Shown here piece by piece: positions 1-12,535 of a stretch of 64,000 nucleotides of DNA (the first letter of the stretch is position 1; each line of letters starts with the position of its first letter). The notes beneath the pieces were generated by a model, which saw only the letters and a program-made list of their open reading frames with translations, did no database searches and was not told the DNA's origin. This DNA is from Podarcis muralis (Eukaryota): contig NC_135658.1 of assembly GCF_964188315.1 (NCBI RefSeq), positions 63,488,001 through 63,552,000 on the forward strand, in the 5' to 3' direction. The position numbers and the translations under genes were made by a program.

Positions 1-340
1 GGACAAAGGCATAATTGCAATTTTTAATGACCTCTGGCTAGGTTTCGATCAGAAAAATTGCAGAGAGATTTGGGTCAAAGAATAATGAGGAATCAATTGA
101 AGTCGATTTGGGATAATGTCCTTCTAAAATAATATCAGGAAATTTAAAGTAGAATTGCTTTAAGATTCTGTACCAATGGTACATAACACTACATAACACC
201 CTATAATTAAACTGAGATCTGGCAAATGCTGGAGATGTGGATTGTGTAAGCAGACTAGATACATGATTTTTGGAATTGTCCTCAAACGCAGACACTTTGG
301 AAATCTGTACAGATGACATAGAAATCAACTCAACATGGTC
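1..340 (+). mobile_element. Degraded L1-clade LINE ORF2 C-terminal fragment (cysteine-rich region)
   Basis: Manual translation gives KILYQWYIT (~162-188) and GKCWRCG (~221-241), followed by a frameshifted HxxWxCP-like motif. This matches the L1/Tx1 ORF2 C-terminal CCHC region. Stops and frameshifts are present. Confidence 0.7.
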
Positions 341-1429
341 ATAGAGAAATGAGTATTTTTGGAAGAAACTGATTTCCCTCTGAATTATGGTGTTTTCTAC
401 TATCTGTCCCTCAGACCAAGCCCTCTAACACGTTTTGTGTGTGTGTGTTTTTTAAAAAGCTTACATTTATTTAGGGCCACCATGAGAAATACACTAAATA
501 GACAGATATTTCCAGAAGAAAAAGCATCTAATTGTTTCCCATGGAAAAATCAACTGATCTTGGGTTCCAAGAAAGAAAAATAGAAATAAGCCAACTGTCA
601 AAACAAGAACTGATAAATACCCTCTGGCTTTTCAAAATTCAGTGCATTTTATAAAAAAAAATCTGCTTGGTGGGAATCAAACAATTATTCACCATGAGAG
701 GATCACTGCTGGTGAGGAAGAGACCAAGTAGCATAGGGAATAAATTAGTTCCTGATTTTGAAAGCTCTCCTGAACTTGTGTGTGTCACAACTCTGTGCTT
801 TGACTGACACTCACACCATGAGTCCCCAGAGAAGTATTCAGCCTGGAGGCTGGACCACCAAACACACTTTTTATAATGAGGCATACTAGAAACCTGGGAC
901 ACACACATGGCTCATTAGCTTCCTGCTACTCCAGAGTGTATTGTGCTTCACTGAGACACATCGCTTTGTTTATGTAGCTTACGAGCAGACACTCTGTTGC
1001 AGCCAGGAGTGCAGTTCACCCCAGTTGTGAATTCTAAGAGAATAATTAAGGAGCATTGGAAAAATCAGTGAAACATTTGAGAAAGTAGAGTCTGGATAAA
1101 ACAGATCTCAGCTACCAGATATAGGTCTTTCAGGCCATTTCTTTGCACGCTGTTTGCAAAGCCTACTGCCAATTGAGCTCCATCAGTTCTGTCCCATTAC
1201 AAACAGAAGAAGAGAGTATTTTCTTTCTGAGCTTTGGCTAAGAAATTTATTTATTGCCATATTTCTGTCCTGCACTCCCAGGTCCCAATAACTGAACCTT
1301 CAACTGACCAAAAAGGTGGAATGAAAGCAAAGCATAATAAGAAAGTACAATGGTAGCACACCCACACAGCCAAAATACCTATTGGCAAGAATGGGAGCAT
1401 AAAATTCAAGTATAGATAAAAATGCACAT

Positions 1430-1645
1430 ACTGTGCAATTCAGAAACTAGCCACAGAACCTGGACCAACCAAATGCCTATTGCAAATGAGAAGTTTCGCA
1501 ACAACCTCTCTGAAAATTCAGGATGTAACCATTTTTGCATGTCCTCAGGCAGAATGTTCCAAAACTTAGGAAATACCATGCACACATCACTATTTCAGCA
1601 TTTCTCTACATGTGCACCAGAAAAACCTTGCATGTGCAATTGTAT
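1430..1645 (-). mobile_element. Fragment of a non-autonomous DNA-transposon-like repeat (same family as 12536-13175)
   Basis: Resembles by eye the reverse complement of the internal AT-rich sequence at 12590-12730 and 32560-32700. Diverged. Confidence 0.4.
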
Positions 1646-2076
1646 GTTTAGCAAGGAGGACCTAGAATAATGAAAACTTAAAGACTTTAGAATGCAGCCA
1701 TAAATCAACTCTTAGCATGAGCACATATTCACAGAAAACAACCCCCCCCCCCAAAAAAAAAACCCCAGCTGTACATGGAAATATTATAATCTTAATTTTA
1801 ATGCAGCTTGGTTTGAGGCTGTGCTGTAAATTTATTTGTAGGGTGCCTTTGCACTCGGTTGCAGTCTCTGATCTAAAGGAAATTGCATACTGTTCATTGC
1901 AAAATTTATCATAGCACCAACAGCAGCAATTGCAGATCTTGTGAATGAAAATTTAGCAGTAAATGAAGAGTGATTCTCAGCGATGACACACATTTCAAAT
2001 TATAGCTACAGCATCACAGTGCTGCAAACTAGCAGCTGGACCCAAAAGACACTGTTTTCAAATAAAGACTTTCAAT

Positions 2077-2225
2077 NNNNNNNNNNNNNNNNNNNNNNNN
2101 NNNNNNNNNNNNNNNNNNNNNNNNNNNNNNNNNNNNNNNNNNNNNNNNNNNNNNNNNNNNNNNNNNNNNNNNNNNNNNNNNNNNNNNNNNNNNNNNNNNN
2201 NNNNNNNNNNNNNNNNNNNNNNNNN
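2077..2225. other. Assembly gap (149 N)
   Basis: Run of N. Confidence 1.
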
Positions 2226-2450
2226 TCCTGCTTTATCACTACCCTGAGGCTAACAATAAAAGTGGCTAACAATCTCCTTTTCCCTTCCTCCCCCACAACA
2301 AACACTCTGTGAGGTGAGTGAGGCTGAGAGACTTCAAAGAAGTGTGACTAGCCCACGGTCACCCAGCAGCTGCATGTGGAGGAGCAGGGAATCAAACCTG
2401 GTTCACCAGATTACGAATCCACTGTTCCTAACTACTACACTACACTGGCT
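2226..2450 (-). mobile_element. tRNA-derived SINE (CORE/MIR-like squamate type), truncated by the gap
   Basis: The reverse complement starts agccagtgtagtgtagtagtt...gaaccaggtttgattccc (A/B-box-like tRNA head), followed by a CORE-like gctgctgggtgaccgtgggctagtcac segment. Confidence 0.75.
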
Positions 2451-2452
2451 TT

Positions 2453-2488
<36 letters not shown>
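2453..2488. repeat. (CA)n microsatellite
   Basis: Direct reading. Confidence 0.95.
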
Positions 2489-2489
<1 letters not shown>

Positions 2490-2544
2490 ACTATTCTGAT
2501 GACACACAGCTCTATTTCTGCATTTCATCTAATGCTAGAGAAGG

Positions 2545-3100
2545 TGTTGTGTTTCTGAACTGTGCCTAGAGGTGGTAATGAGATGGATGAGGGTAAACAA
2601 ACTGAAGTGTTGTCCAGACAAGATAGAGATGTTTCTAGTCAGGAAAAAAAGAGTCTCTAGAATAGTGAATTGTTTTGGATGGGATAGTATTCCTCTTGAA
2701 GAAGCTATAGTGTTCACATATTCAACCTTGTATTTGGATGATCAGGTAGTGGCAGCTAGGCGTACCTATTTCTAGATTTGGCTGGTGTGCCAGCTTTGCA
2801 CATTATTGTGGAAGCCAGGCTTGGCTATGATAACATACATGATAGCTACACCAATACTGTACTTATTGCCATACACTCTGCAAAGGGCTACCTTTCAAGA
2901 ATGTGGCTGGCAGAACTTTAGTGGGTGGGTTGGTACATGCATGCCTGTAAGAGCATATTATGTATTATTGTAGCATCCACTCTGGTTGCCAAGTTGCTTC
3001 TGGGCACAATTCAGTGTGCTGTTTAAAGCTCTGAATGGCTTGGATCCAGGATACCCAAGGAACTACCTTCTCCTGTACCAGCCCACCAACTAGGATCTCC
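2545..3100 (+). mobile_element. Degraded L2-clade LINE ORF2 3' fragment
   Basis: Contains CPDKIEMFLV (resembling LNPDKTEVLLV) and WLP..FWAQFSVLFKALNGLDPGY (resembling the L2 WLP..R..FK....KAL.GLGP.YL motif). Confidence 0.7.
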
Positions 3101-3113
3101 TATGAAACAAATG

Positions 3114-3862
3114 TTGTTGTTTTTTATAATGATATTTTATTAAGTTTAACAATAGAGAAAATCCAAAACAACCAAACAAAGAACAGTAAAAACACAGGGG
3201 GGAAATAAAACACAACAATACAAAATTTCACAATACAAAAATACAAACATTTAACCTAGCAGGGGAAAAAGAAAAAGTCAATAAACACACAAAAAAGAAA
3301 AACACAAATCCCTCTTTTCTAATTGCTCATCTTTGATTAACTTATTTTCCTGACTTCCTCACGCCTCCCTTTTTTGTATCCCTCTTTGAAAATTGGTTCA
3401 GCAAATTCATATCCAATTACTTTATCCTTAATTATTTTACCTCCCAAATTTATAATTTATAATTTTTGTCTATCTTGTTGCTAGAACCCCTTCATTTCAT
3501 TTCAATGTCATCAGCATTCATACATTGTACAATGTTTCTGTAAATAAATTTTAAATTTCCTCCAATCTTCTTCCACCGACTCTTCTCCCTGATCTCGGAT
3601 TCTGCCAGTCATCTCAGCCATTTCCATATAGTCAATTACTTGCATCTGCCATTCTTCCAGAGTGGGTAAATCTTGTGTCTTCCAATGCTTTGCGATGAGT
3701 ATTCTTGCTGCTGCTGTAGCATACATAAAGAAAGTTCTATCCTTCTTTGACACCAATTGGCCAACTATGCCCAGGAGGAAGGCCTCTGGTTTCTTCACGA
3801 AAGTATATTTAAATACCTTTTTCATTTCATTATAAATCATCTCCCAGAAAGCCTTAACTCCA
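3114..3862 (-). mobile_element. 5'-truncated L1-clade LINE (ORF2 C-terminus plus 3'UTR) with a 12-bp TSD
   Basis: ORF 3511-3840 (FWEMIYNEMKK...AAARILIAKHWK...PTLEEW) is the typical L1/Tx1 ORF2 end. An AC/A-rich tail lies at the left end. The identical 12-mer atgaaacaaatg occurs at 3102-3113 and 3863-3874. Confidence 0.9.
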
Positions 3863-3991
3863 ATGAAACAAATGAAGCAAAAGCGTCATGGTCCCAGAGG
3901 GACCCCAGAAGTACCTTATTCCACATTGCTTGAATATTTTGGGTCTAGTAGACCCAATTTGTGTCACATGATTGATTTTTTGTTGTATATA

Positions 3992-4065
3992 ATTCAATAA
4001 TCCCAAAGTTTGAAAGTCAGTACCATAGATTCAATAATTCCAAAGTTTGAAAGTCAGTAGCACAG
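3992..4065. repeat. Two-copy tandem duplication, 37-bp unit
   Basis: attcaataatcccaaagtttgaaagtcagtaccatag followed by attcaataattccaaagtttgaaagtcagtagcacag. Confidence 0.85.
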
Positions 4066-5423
4066 AAGTTGTAAAGGTGTGGTTGTCTGTCATGGTACAA
4101 CCCCACTGAAGAAGATAACAGTGGTTACCCAGGCCTCATTGCTGGTTATGAAGTTCAAGCTTCAGGTCCCCCAAAATGTAGGCCTGCCCACTCTTCAATA
4201 TCAAGAGAGAAGGCTCTTTCTCTGTTCCATCAAGGTCTAATGGTTGTAATGAGGGATGGAGTCTTCCCTGTAGCAGAGCAGATATGGAAGGCCCATCATG
4301 GAAGCCCTCGCTGTCTCTTCTGTACACCCACTCTTTCTCCCCTTGCCTTTCCTGATACTAACCCAATCCAGACTCTGTCTGAAGGCATAAGTAGCCTTTA
4401 CATTCTGAATAAAAATGGGATGAATAAAGAACAGCTGTTGTAGCAATTACACTCAGGCTAAAGTAATTTCATTTAAGAAATCAATAGCCAAATAGCTAAT
4501 CCTTTTCATCAGCATTTTATTTAAGCTTTAGCAATTTATGTGCAGATATTTCCTGGTACTTTATGCCCAATTGAAAAGGTTGGAAGTTTAAGATTAAGCC
4601 AAATAGCTATTAATACAGTTGATTATTAACTGACAGGAAATGGTCAATCTACACATCTCAAATGGCATCATAAATAGAAAGAATGCAAGTCTGTCTGTGA
4701 AAAAATAAAGTAACTGCCTTTTCTGTGTGTGGGGGAGAGTAAAATCTTTATTTTTTGTTGTTAATAGATTTGTATCTGAAAAGAGTACAATTAAGTACTA
4801 ATTAAGAGCTGTTATTGAATAGGAATGCTTTTCTTTGTCTTAAAAATCAGATGAGCCCCTGAGAGCAAATGCAAACTTTTATTCCAATGAACCTTATTTC
4901 ACAGTATTTGTATTTAGGTTAGAGAGATGTTCATTAGTCCTCTTCTGAGTGCTAATATATTTCCCTTTTGCCATGCTTTTAGAAACAGCCCTTTTATATA
5001 TTTTTCTGCATCTGTTTCATTGAAAAGTTTCCTTTGTTTTTAAAATATTATTTTAAAGTTATGCTTTATAATATAAAGCTTATGATTCCACACATACTAG
5101 ACCTTCCCATGCCATTGTGTCTCCTGCCTACCCCCACCCACTGCCCCCAGAGTGGGAACACATCTGCAGAAGAGGAAGCAAGCTAGCCTGTCTCTCACAA
5201 TCAAGTCTTTCTGACAGAAGTACACACACAATCACATTACCCCAGGCGTGGAACAGGCCTGAAGAGAGTGTTGTGGGAAATCCCCACACTGCCAAGTCCA
5301 TTTCTGGATGGGAATATTGCAAATAGACAGAGACCAATTGATAAAGCAAAAGCACCCAGGAGGGTGTTCTCATACCCTCCAACATTTCTCTGACAAAAAT
5401 AGGGATGCCCTATTCTATTATTA

Positions 5424-5775
5424 GGGACACGGGTGGCACTGTGGGTTAAACCACAGAGCCTAGGGCTTGGCGATCAGAACGTCGGCGGTTCGAATCCCTG
5501 TGACGGGGTGAGCTCCCGTTGCTCAGTCCCTGCTCCTTCCAACCTAGCAGTTTGAAAGCACGTCAAAGTGCAAGTAGATAAATAGGTACCGCTCCGGCGG
5601 GAAGTTAAACAGCGTTTCTGTGTGCTGCTCTGGTTCGCCAGAAGTGACTTAGTCATGCTGGCCACATGATCCGGAAGCTGTACGCTGGCTCCCTTGGCAA
5701 GTAAAGCGAGATGAGCGCCCCAACCCCAGAGTTGGTCACGACTGGACCTAATGGTCAGGGGTCCCTTTACCTTTA
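5424..5775 (+). mobile_element. Full-length Sauria SINE
   Basis: tRNA-like head (gggtggcactgtgggtt...ggttcgaatcc), a characteristic body (gcaagtagataaataggtaccgctccggcgggaag) and a tail ending cacgactggacctaatggtcaggggtccctttaccttta. Confidence 0.93.
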
Positions 5776-5778
5776 TTC

Positions 5779-5784
5779 TATTAC

Positions 5785-5852
<68 letters not shown>
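5779..5852. repeat. Compound (ATT)n(ACT)n microsatellite
   Basis: Direct reading. It explains the poly-I/T/L/N/S ORFs in the track. Confidence 0.95.
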
Positions 5853-6004
5853 TATTTATACCCTCCCCATCTAACTGGGTTACTCCAGCCACTCTGGGCT
5901 TCCAACATACATAAAAACATAATAAAACTTTAAACATTAAAAAAAACTCCCCTCTACAAGGCTGCCTTCAGGTGTCTTCTAAATGTTGCATAGTTACTTA
6001 TCTC
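5853..6004 (-). mobile_element. L2-type LINE 3' end, tail-to-tail with the Sauria SINE
   Basis: Reverse complement of the same 3' end seen on + at 45790-45965 (agaaggcctctgaaggcagccctgtatagg...acccagtcagatagg followed by an AAT tail). Confidence 0.75.
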
Positions 6005-6140
6005 CATACCCTCCAACATTTCTCCAATGAAAATAGGGACATCCTGAGGAAAAGAGGGACATTCTGGGATCAAATCAGAAACTGGGACAGCTTCTGTAAA
6101 TCCAGGACTGTCCCTGGAAAATGGGAACACTTAGATGGTC
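6005..6140 (+). mobile_element. Short MITE-like DNA element. Its left end is duplicated at 5371-5410
   Basis: cataccctccaacatttctc is identical at 5371-5390 and 6005-6024. Internal gggaca/tgtccc motifs are present. Confidence 0.5.
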
Positions 6141-6425
6141 TGATGTTCTTTATTACTGATGCAGCAGGATCCCCTGTCTGCCCGAGGACCAAGGTGGGAT
6201 CAAGTGATTCCTCATGGCACAGTACCAAGAACTTTTATACCTTTCCCTTAACGCTCTTGAGACAAATAACTTTTTAATGATTGGTTATGTTTTACTGCAG
6301 TATGTGCTTGCGTACTCTTCATTTTCGCTTATCAGTTGTTACATTCCTAACATGGCATTTCAGCAGACACTCTTCTGGCTCCTGTCTTATCCACTTTCTT
6401 TCCACCTCATCCATCTTACATAAAC

Positions 6426-6561
6426 CAGTGATGGCCAAACTTGGCCCTCCAGCTGTTTTGGGACTACAATTCCCATCATCCCTGACCCCTGGTCCTGTTA
6501 GCTAGGGATGATGGGAGTTGTAGTCCCAAAACAGCTGGAGGGCCAAGTTTGGGCATCACTG
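6426..6561. mobile_element. Palindromic hAT-type MITE with a perfect 8-bp TSD
   Basis: Near-perfect hairpin (cagtgatggccaaacttggccctccagctgttttgggactacaa ... ttgtagtcccaaaacagctggagggccaagtttgggcatcactg). acataaac occurs at both 6418-6425 and 6562-6569. Confidence 0.93.
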
Positions 6562-9500
6562 ACATAAACATTAGGCATTCCATATGGCAGGCGTGGCCTT
6601 GCTCAAGTTTCTCACAAGAGGAACAGCAAATTAAAATGGCAGGCAGCCACCACAGATGAGAGTCAAGCTCATCACCACTGCCCACCCACAGCTGAAACAA
6701 CAGTATGGGGACTGGTGGAGAGGGTGGTAAGGCAGCAGCATCAGGTCAGGTCAGTAAGCCTACTGGAACCATCACCCACTTCCCAAACTGGCTGACTGCT
6801 GAAGTTGGGCTTGACCAACGTCTCTCAAGAGTTTTGTCCACTCTGGGAAGTCCTTAACAGAGTTGCAACCCTTCTCTAAACTGCCCCTCTGTGTGATCTG
6901 GAGAAGAGTCAACTACATGTGAGGACCCTAGACTGTCAGGTGTGTTGATAGAGTGAGGTAATATTACTTTGCCAGGGCATAACATAACACAGTGGTATGG
7001 TTCCTTGACATGAAACATCCACATTCAGCTCTCTAAATGTATCTTGCTATGCCTTGGATTATGTTCCAAGATACAGCAAAAAGACTCTGAATATATTACG
7101 TATTTAATCAACTTGATAGATCATATAGGTTTTAACAGGAAATTCAAATGTGATATTTTAATTGGAGGGGATGTCTCTTGTAAGAGTATGGATTTTTCAT
7201 TTACCAAATTATTCCTCCCACCACCCACAGAGAGACAGAATAAGTATTGCATGAGATGTACATTGCAATCCTACCCTTGTCTACCACTAAGCTTGATAGG
7301 GCTTATTCCCAAGTAAATGGGTATAGGATTGCAGCCTCTAGGTCTCAGAAAGATTTATTTTCTAAGGAAGGGCACACAAGTCTTTTATCGGAGCAAATGT
7401 CATAGGGTGCGCATTTTCTCATAAACTGGGTTGCTAGGGGAATGAAGCATATTGTTGGAACTAACTCAGCAGCTGGCTTTCAAATGCTGCCAATTAAGAA
7501 TCAAATGAATATTTTTAAACTTTGATAAGCACATATACTAATAACACAAAACATTGACTTTATTAGTGTTTATCAGTCGAGACTGCTGAAGCAAGTTCAA
7601 TTCTAACCTTGTTTTTAATTCTAACCTTATTTTCTAATAAGGCTTTCCCAACAGTCCGTATGAATGAAGACAGGACTGGTAGTGGGGCTAGGTTGGCTTG
7701 TCACCACCACCATTCAGGAAAGTGTGGCAGATGGGTTAGGGCTATATGCTGGGGGAAGCAGCAGCCCTCACCCTTCCTCCTCAGTCCCCTAAGCTAGCCT
7801 GATCTGCACTCCCTAAACTAGCCAGCTGCTCTCAGGACCAGTGGAGAATGTTGTCCAAATGCCATTGTCGAAGAAAGATGCTACTGCCAATCTAGTTGGA
7901 TTCTGTAGGTGGAATGGTGCCATCCTCATCCTCTGCTCAGGCAGAAAAATGTCTTGGGGCCAACAATAGTAATAACAATGCCCTACTCAAAAACCTACTG
8001 AGTATATGTAAAGAGAATGCCAAAGTTTTGGCAAAATATGCTTGAGGAATTCTAAACTTTTGTGAGCTGACTTGACTGGCATCTTTTAGGCTAACACACA
8101 GGTTGGAATTTTGGGGGGGGGGTGTACTTCCCAAGTTTCCTGACAGTTCTTGGCTCAAAGAAGTATTAAATAATATGCATAAGTGCATTTTAGGTATGTT
8201 TGGAAATGTGCATTTTGAGAGGAAATACATTAAAGCAGCAATCCTGTACCCTCTTACAGGAATGCAGGAATCTCAACTGAAGCATCAATGACAGATGGCC
8301 ATCTAACCTTAACGAGACTTACTTCTGAGTCTGAGTAAGAAATGTCACTATTGAGAAAATACATTCAAAATATATAAATGCAAATGTCCATGCATTAAAA
8401 AAACACCAACACACACATATCCCAATTATGTGAGAGGCATAACCCCTGAAAAGGGCTACATTTGTGTGTTATGTTTTCAGCTATACCTTGGGACTCAATA
8501 AAAGACTGGCACATTGTTTCAAAATGTGATGTTGGGATTTTTACTTAGGCCCTGAAGTACAAGTGACTCATGGGTGGAAAAACCCAACCAGGCACAATTA
8601 CGTATGATTATTTTGTTTTTACATGGAATTATCAAGCTACTGAAGACTCTGCCGAAATTTATTTGGCTGAATGATTATTAAACAACACTCATTTAGAGGT
8701 GTTTTAATGAGCATTTGGCCTCCATAAAGCTTATAAAGGTTTATAAAGCTTATAAACTTTAACCCTTACACTTTATCGGTGGGATAAAATCACTTTTTGC
8801 AATGTAAATGTAACATTGTTCTTAACCTTAACTCTTTTTCTTTATAAGGTGAGCACTGTTAAGGATAAGTTAAGACATTAAAGTGTTTTTTTTTTAAAAA
8901 AAAAACCAAACACCTTGCTTATTCTCTATGGCTATAGAATTAAAAAAAATCCTTTTAGCCATAGAAGCTGACCCCTAAAGCAACATTTTTAGGTTTGTGA
9001 GGCAAACTTGGCCTAACACATAAATTTTTTATTTTTATTTTTAAAAAGCTTATATCTCTAACCTTCAAAACTATAGAGATTCTGAATGACACACGGTCAG
9101 ATTCTGTTTCCTGTCTCATATGCTTTTACCGCCTTCTCTCAGAACATATTCTTGCATGTGCTTGAGTCAAGAGAAAAGCAGCTGGATAAAAGATTGACTC
9201 TGAAAAAGGTCTCTTCATTAAAAAAATCTTTTATTTTTTTAAAACATAAGTATACTTCCACATTATGCAAAAAGTAGAGGGCTAGAGAAAACCCTTCTCC
9301 ATTTTTATGTTCTACACGGTGTAGTTATTTTAGTCCTTGTATGATTGTTTATGTCTTTCTGTCTATTATAACCTTCCTTCAAGTACTTATAGGCATGCTT
9401 CTAGTTATGAATAATATGAATTAATTAACCTTTATAAGCAGCAGGTTCTGTATCTTGTTCTATCAGCAGCAAATTTGAACAAGAGCTTTCTCACTGAGGA

Positions 9501-10936
9501 AATTTTGCTGTTATTCCAGAGGTTATATTTCTGCATTTTCACATTCCATTTTTGTTTGTCTGCTTGTTTTGCAGGAACCCAAATTATTCATCTAAAGTAC
9601 ATTTGCTCAAAATCACACTGTATACTTTGGTTGTGTTCCCAGACATCATTTCCACAGTCTAATTGTTTGCTGATTCTTTGTCAGCCACCTATGGGCCATG
9701 TGAGCAAGATGTGCTATATTTTAAAATGCCATGCCCTGACACATACCGTATATTTCTTTATTACATTTCTACCTTTTACCTTTCCTCTAATGAGCTCAAG
9801 GTGTTGTACATGGTTCTCCTAGTGTCTGACACCTTCACTGCATATGTTTTTGTCATATGCTGAAGATGAACCCATTTACCCTGTCCTTCGATGTCTGAGA
9901 TATGTGTTTTTAGAACCTGCCATATTCTTTTGACTTGTTACTTGTTTTAACTGATTTTGATTTTTTGTTATTTTTACCTTGCTGTAGCCCACCCTGTCTT
10001 ATGGTTGAAGGTTGAATAAGAAATTTTATCAGCCTGGCTCACCTCACAGAGTAGTGAAAAATTTTATTCATCACCATCACCACCACCACTTCTACTCTAT
10101 GAGGGTAGGCTGAGTTGCAGAGCAATATCAAACTCAACAGTTATGCTAGCACAAGTAAATTTAGCTGTGCAGAGGAACTTCCCCACCCTTCTTCTCTCCA
10201 TGAGCCCCCTGTGTGGACCCTAAATGTGTTATGGGGGCTTCCTCAACCCCCAACCCCCTGAGCGTTTCTACAAGACATACAGGGGCATGGAGAGAGAGGG
10301 CAAGAAAGTTTGATTGCACATCTAAAAGTGGATAGCACTTGGATTTTCAGTACTCTGAAGAAACCTTGAGAAGCTTCCACTTATTTCACATGTATTCCTT
10401 TGCTTGTAGATGTACAATATAATATTCAAAAAGCATAATTAAGTATGTTCCATTCAAACACAATGCTACTGCATTCAGACACTTTCTTTGGCCTATGAGC
10501 ACTTACTTAGCTTGCAAAGAGCAAATTAACATCCAAAAGCTAACTTCAGTCATTATCACTGTTCTTATAAATAATCAATTACTTCAATTAGCTAACCCAC
10601 ACAAACAACAGCTTCTGCAAGTGGTCTATTTGCAAGAGGAGTGTAATGTTTGTGGGTAAGAGTCATCACAGAAGGTTGTTTCTGCTCCTCCGTTATGATA
10701 AACTGTGTTTTTGACAATTGCAGAAGCAAGGTCATGATTTTCCATGAGTGTGTTCCTCCAATCTTACGCTACTTAGACTGCAGTCCCAAGAATAAGTCCC
10801 CGTGAATTTAATGGCACTTACTTCTGAATAGACATGCATCAAATAGCTCTGTTAGTTGTGTGAGGTATTTGAACAAACAGTAATTTGCATTGGTGAGTGA
10901 ACTGCCATAACATCTGCCCTGGCTATTAGCATAGTA

Positions 10937-11071
10937 CAGCCTTTCCTAACCTGATACCCTCCAGATATTGTTGGACTCTAATCCTATCAGCCCCAGGCAG
11001 CATGACCAATAGTGAAAGCTGATGGGAGTCATAGTCCAAAAATTCTAGAGGACATCAGGTTCGGGAAGGCA
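10937..11071. mobile_element. Diverged palindromic MITE related to 6426-6561
   Basis: Arms ccctccagatattgttggactc...gagtcatagtccaaaaattctagagg with the same central architecture. Confidence 0.7.
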
Positions 11072-11077
11072 AGTACA

Positions 11078-11097
11078 CTGTGTGTGTGTGTGTGTGT
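11078..11097. repeat. (TG)n microsatellite
   Basis: Direct reading. Confidence 0.9.
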
Positions 11098-11143
11098 ATC
11101 CTGGCTGTGTTTGAGACAGTACCTAATTTATCAGCTCACAAAA

Positions 11144-11276
11144 AGGGTTGCCATACGCCCTCTTTTTCCAGGACATGTCCTCTTTTTCATGGGTAGAGTT
11201 GTCATAGCAATCTATAGTTAAAAACAGAAGTTGGCAAATGTGTCCTCTTTTTTGCTCTTCAAAATATGGCAACCCA
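11144..11276. mobile_element. MITE with terminal inverted repeats agggttgccata / tatggcaaccca
   Basis: TIRs read directly. No TSD recognisable. A related left end lies at 16146-16260. Confidence 0.65.
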
Positions 11277-12279
11277 AACTGCCATAGAATAGGTGTTGTT
11301 GTTTTTTTATGGGGGCTAAAATAAGCAAGGGTGAGGAAAGGAAGGGAGCTATCCATTGTGCAAGCCAATCTTCTGCTCATACAACATTGACTACAACACA
11401 CAGCACAGTTGAAATAGGATGCAATGTATCATATCCCAAATTATATTCCTGAATGAAGGGGGGGGGAGCTGCAAGTAAAAGCTACAAATTCTCCATCTGT
11501 AGAATTAGAACTAAACAATTATTTGATAATCTAGTCAGGAATTCCCAATGATACCATACAGGGCTGTACCCAGGGGAGGGGGGGTTTCTTTTAAATATGT
11601 AGACATCTGTTGAGCTCAGCATGCAATAAGCACGGCTGCCTTACTATTCCTGATTTAAGCAGCTCCTTGTAGTATCATTTTTCTATCCTGCAGCGATCAT
11701 CTAGCCTATGATGATTACTACTCTGCTGTTATTTACCTCAGTTTTATGATAGCTATGCACATGTAAGCTAAAGGTTAACTCATTTCTTCCAGTGACTGGT
11801 TTTATTAAGGACTGTATCCCATGACACTAAGTTAAAAGCCATGCAATAAAGGGATCATAAGCAATTGCACAGAGTATTAACTCCTAATGCAGCATACAAC
11901 ACCCAGAATGAAATACAGTCAGGTAAAGCCCACCACACTAATTATCTTGCTGTAAGTAAAGTAGAACAAGAATTCTAAAGGCAGGCCCAGACCAGGCTTG
12001 TAAACCACAGGACACAGTCAGTATCCCATCAGCATTAGCAAGGGAGAGATGAAGTAAGAACAGTTTAATGTGCCAGTGAGAAAGTATTTTACTTCCAAAT
12101 GAAATGCACTTCATCAGCACAGAGAACAATATTAAAGGGCTGAAATCAACTCACAGTTATATTTCCAGGCCCAGCATCAGTACTGAGTGATGTCAGGCAA
12201 CTGCCAGGGTCCCACGAGGTATTAACTTTGCTGCCATTTTAAATTCCCATAATGCCTCTGATGCAGTGTCACTCTAGGA

Positions 12280-12486
12280 CAGGGGTGCCCAAACTTTTTT
12301 CACAGAGGGCCAGATTTGATGAAGCGAAGGACCGTGAGGGCCGACCAAAGAGCCTACCAAAGTTGTTGAACTATTTTATTGAGGTTTCTTTAGGATTTTA
12401 CCCCAGGAAATAAACTGCCATAAGGGCCAGATTAAACCAACCAGCGGGCCAGATTAGGCCCCCGAAACAGACTTTGGACATGCCTG
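12280..12486. mobile_element. hAT (Charlie-like) MITE with an 8-bp TSD (7/8 match)
   Basis: TIRs caggggtgcccaaact / actttggacatgcctg. Flanks ctctagga (12272-12279) and ctctagaa (12487-12494). Confidence 0.85.
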
Positions 12487-12535
12487 CTCTAGAACATGGT
12501 TGGAAATCAATTAAAATGCCCCCCCCCCTTACTGG

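Noticed and set aside
5474-5933. Poly-Ser/Asn/Leu/Ile/Thr ORFs
   Set aside because: Produced by the (ATT)n(ACT)n microsatellite and SINE sequence. The same applies to the CV/HT-repeat ORFs at the (CA)n tracts.
11734-11747. miR-875-like sequence tacctcagttttat
   Set aside because: 14-nt partial match only, with no pairing 3' arm downstream.
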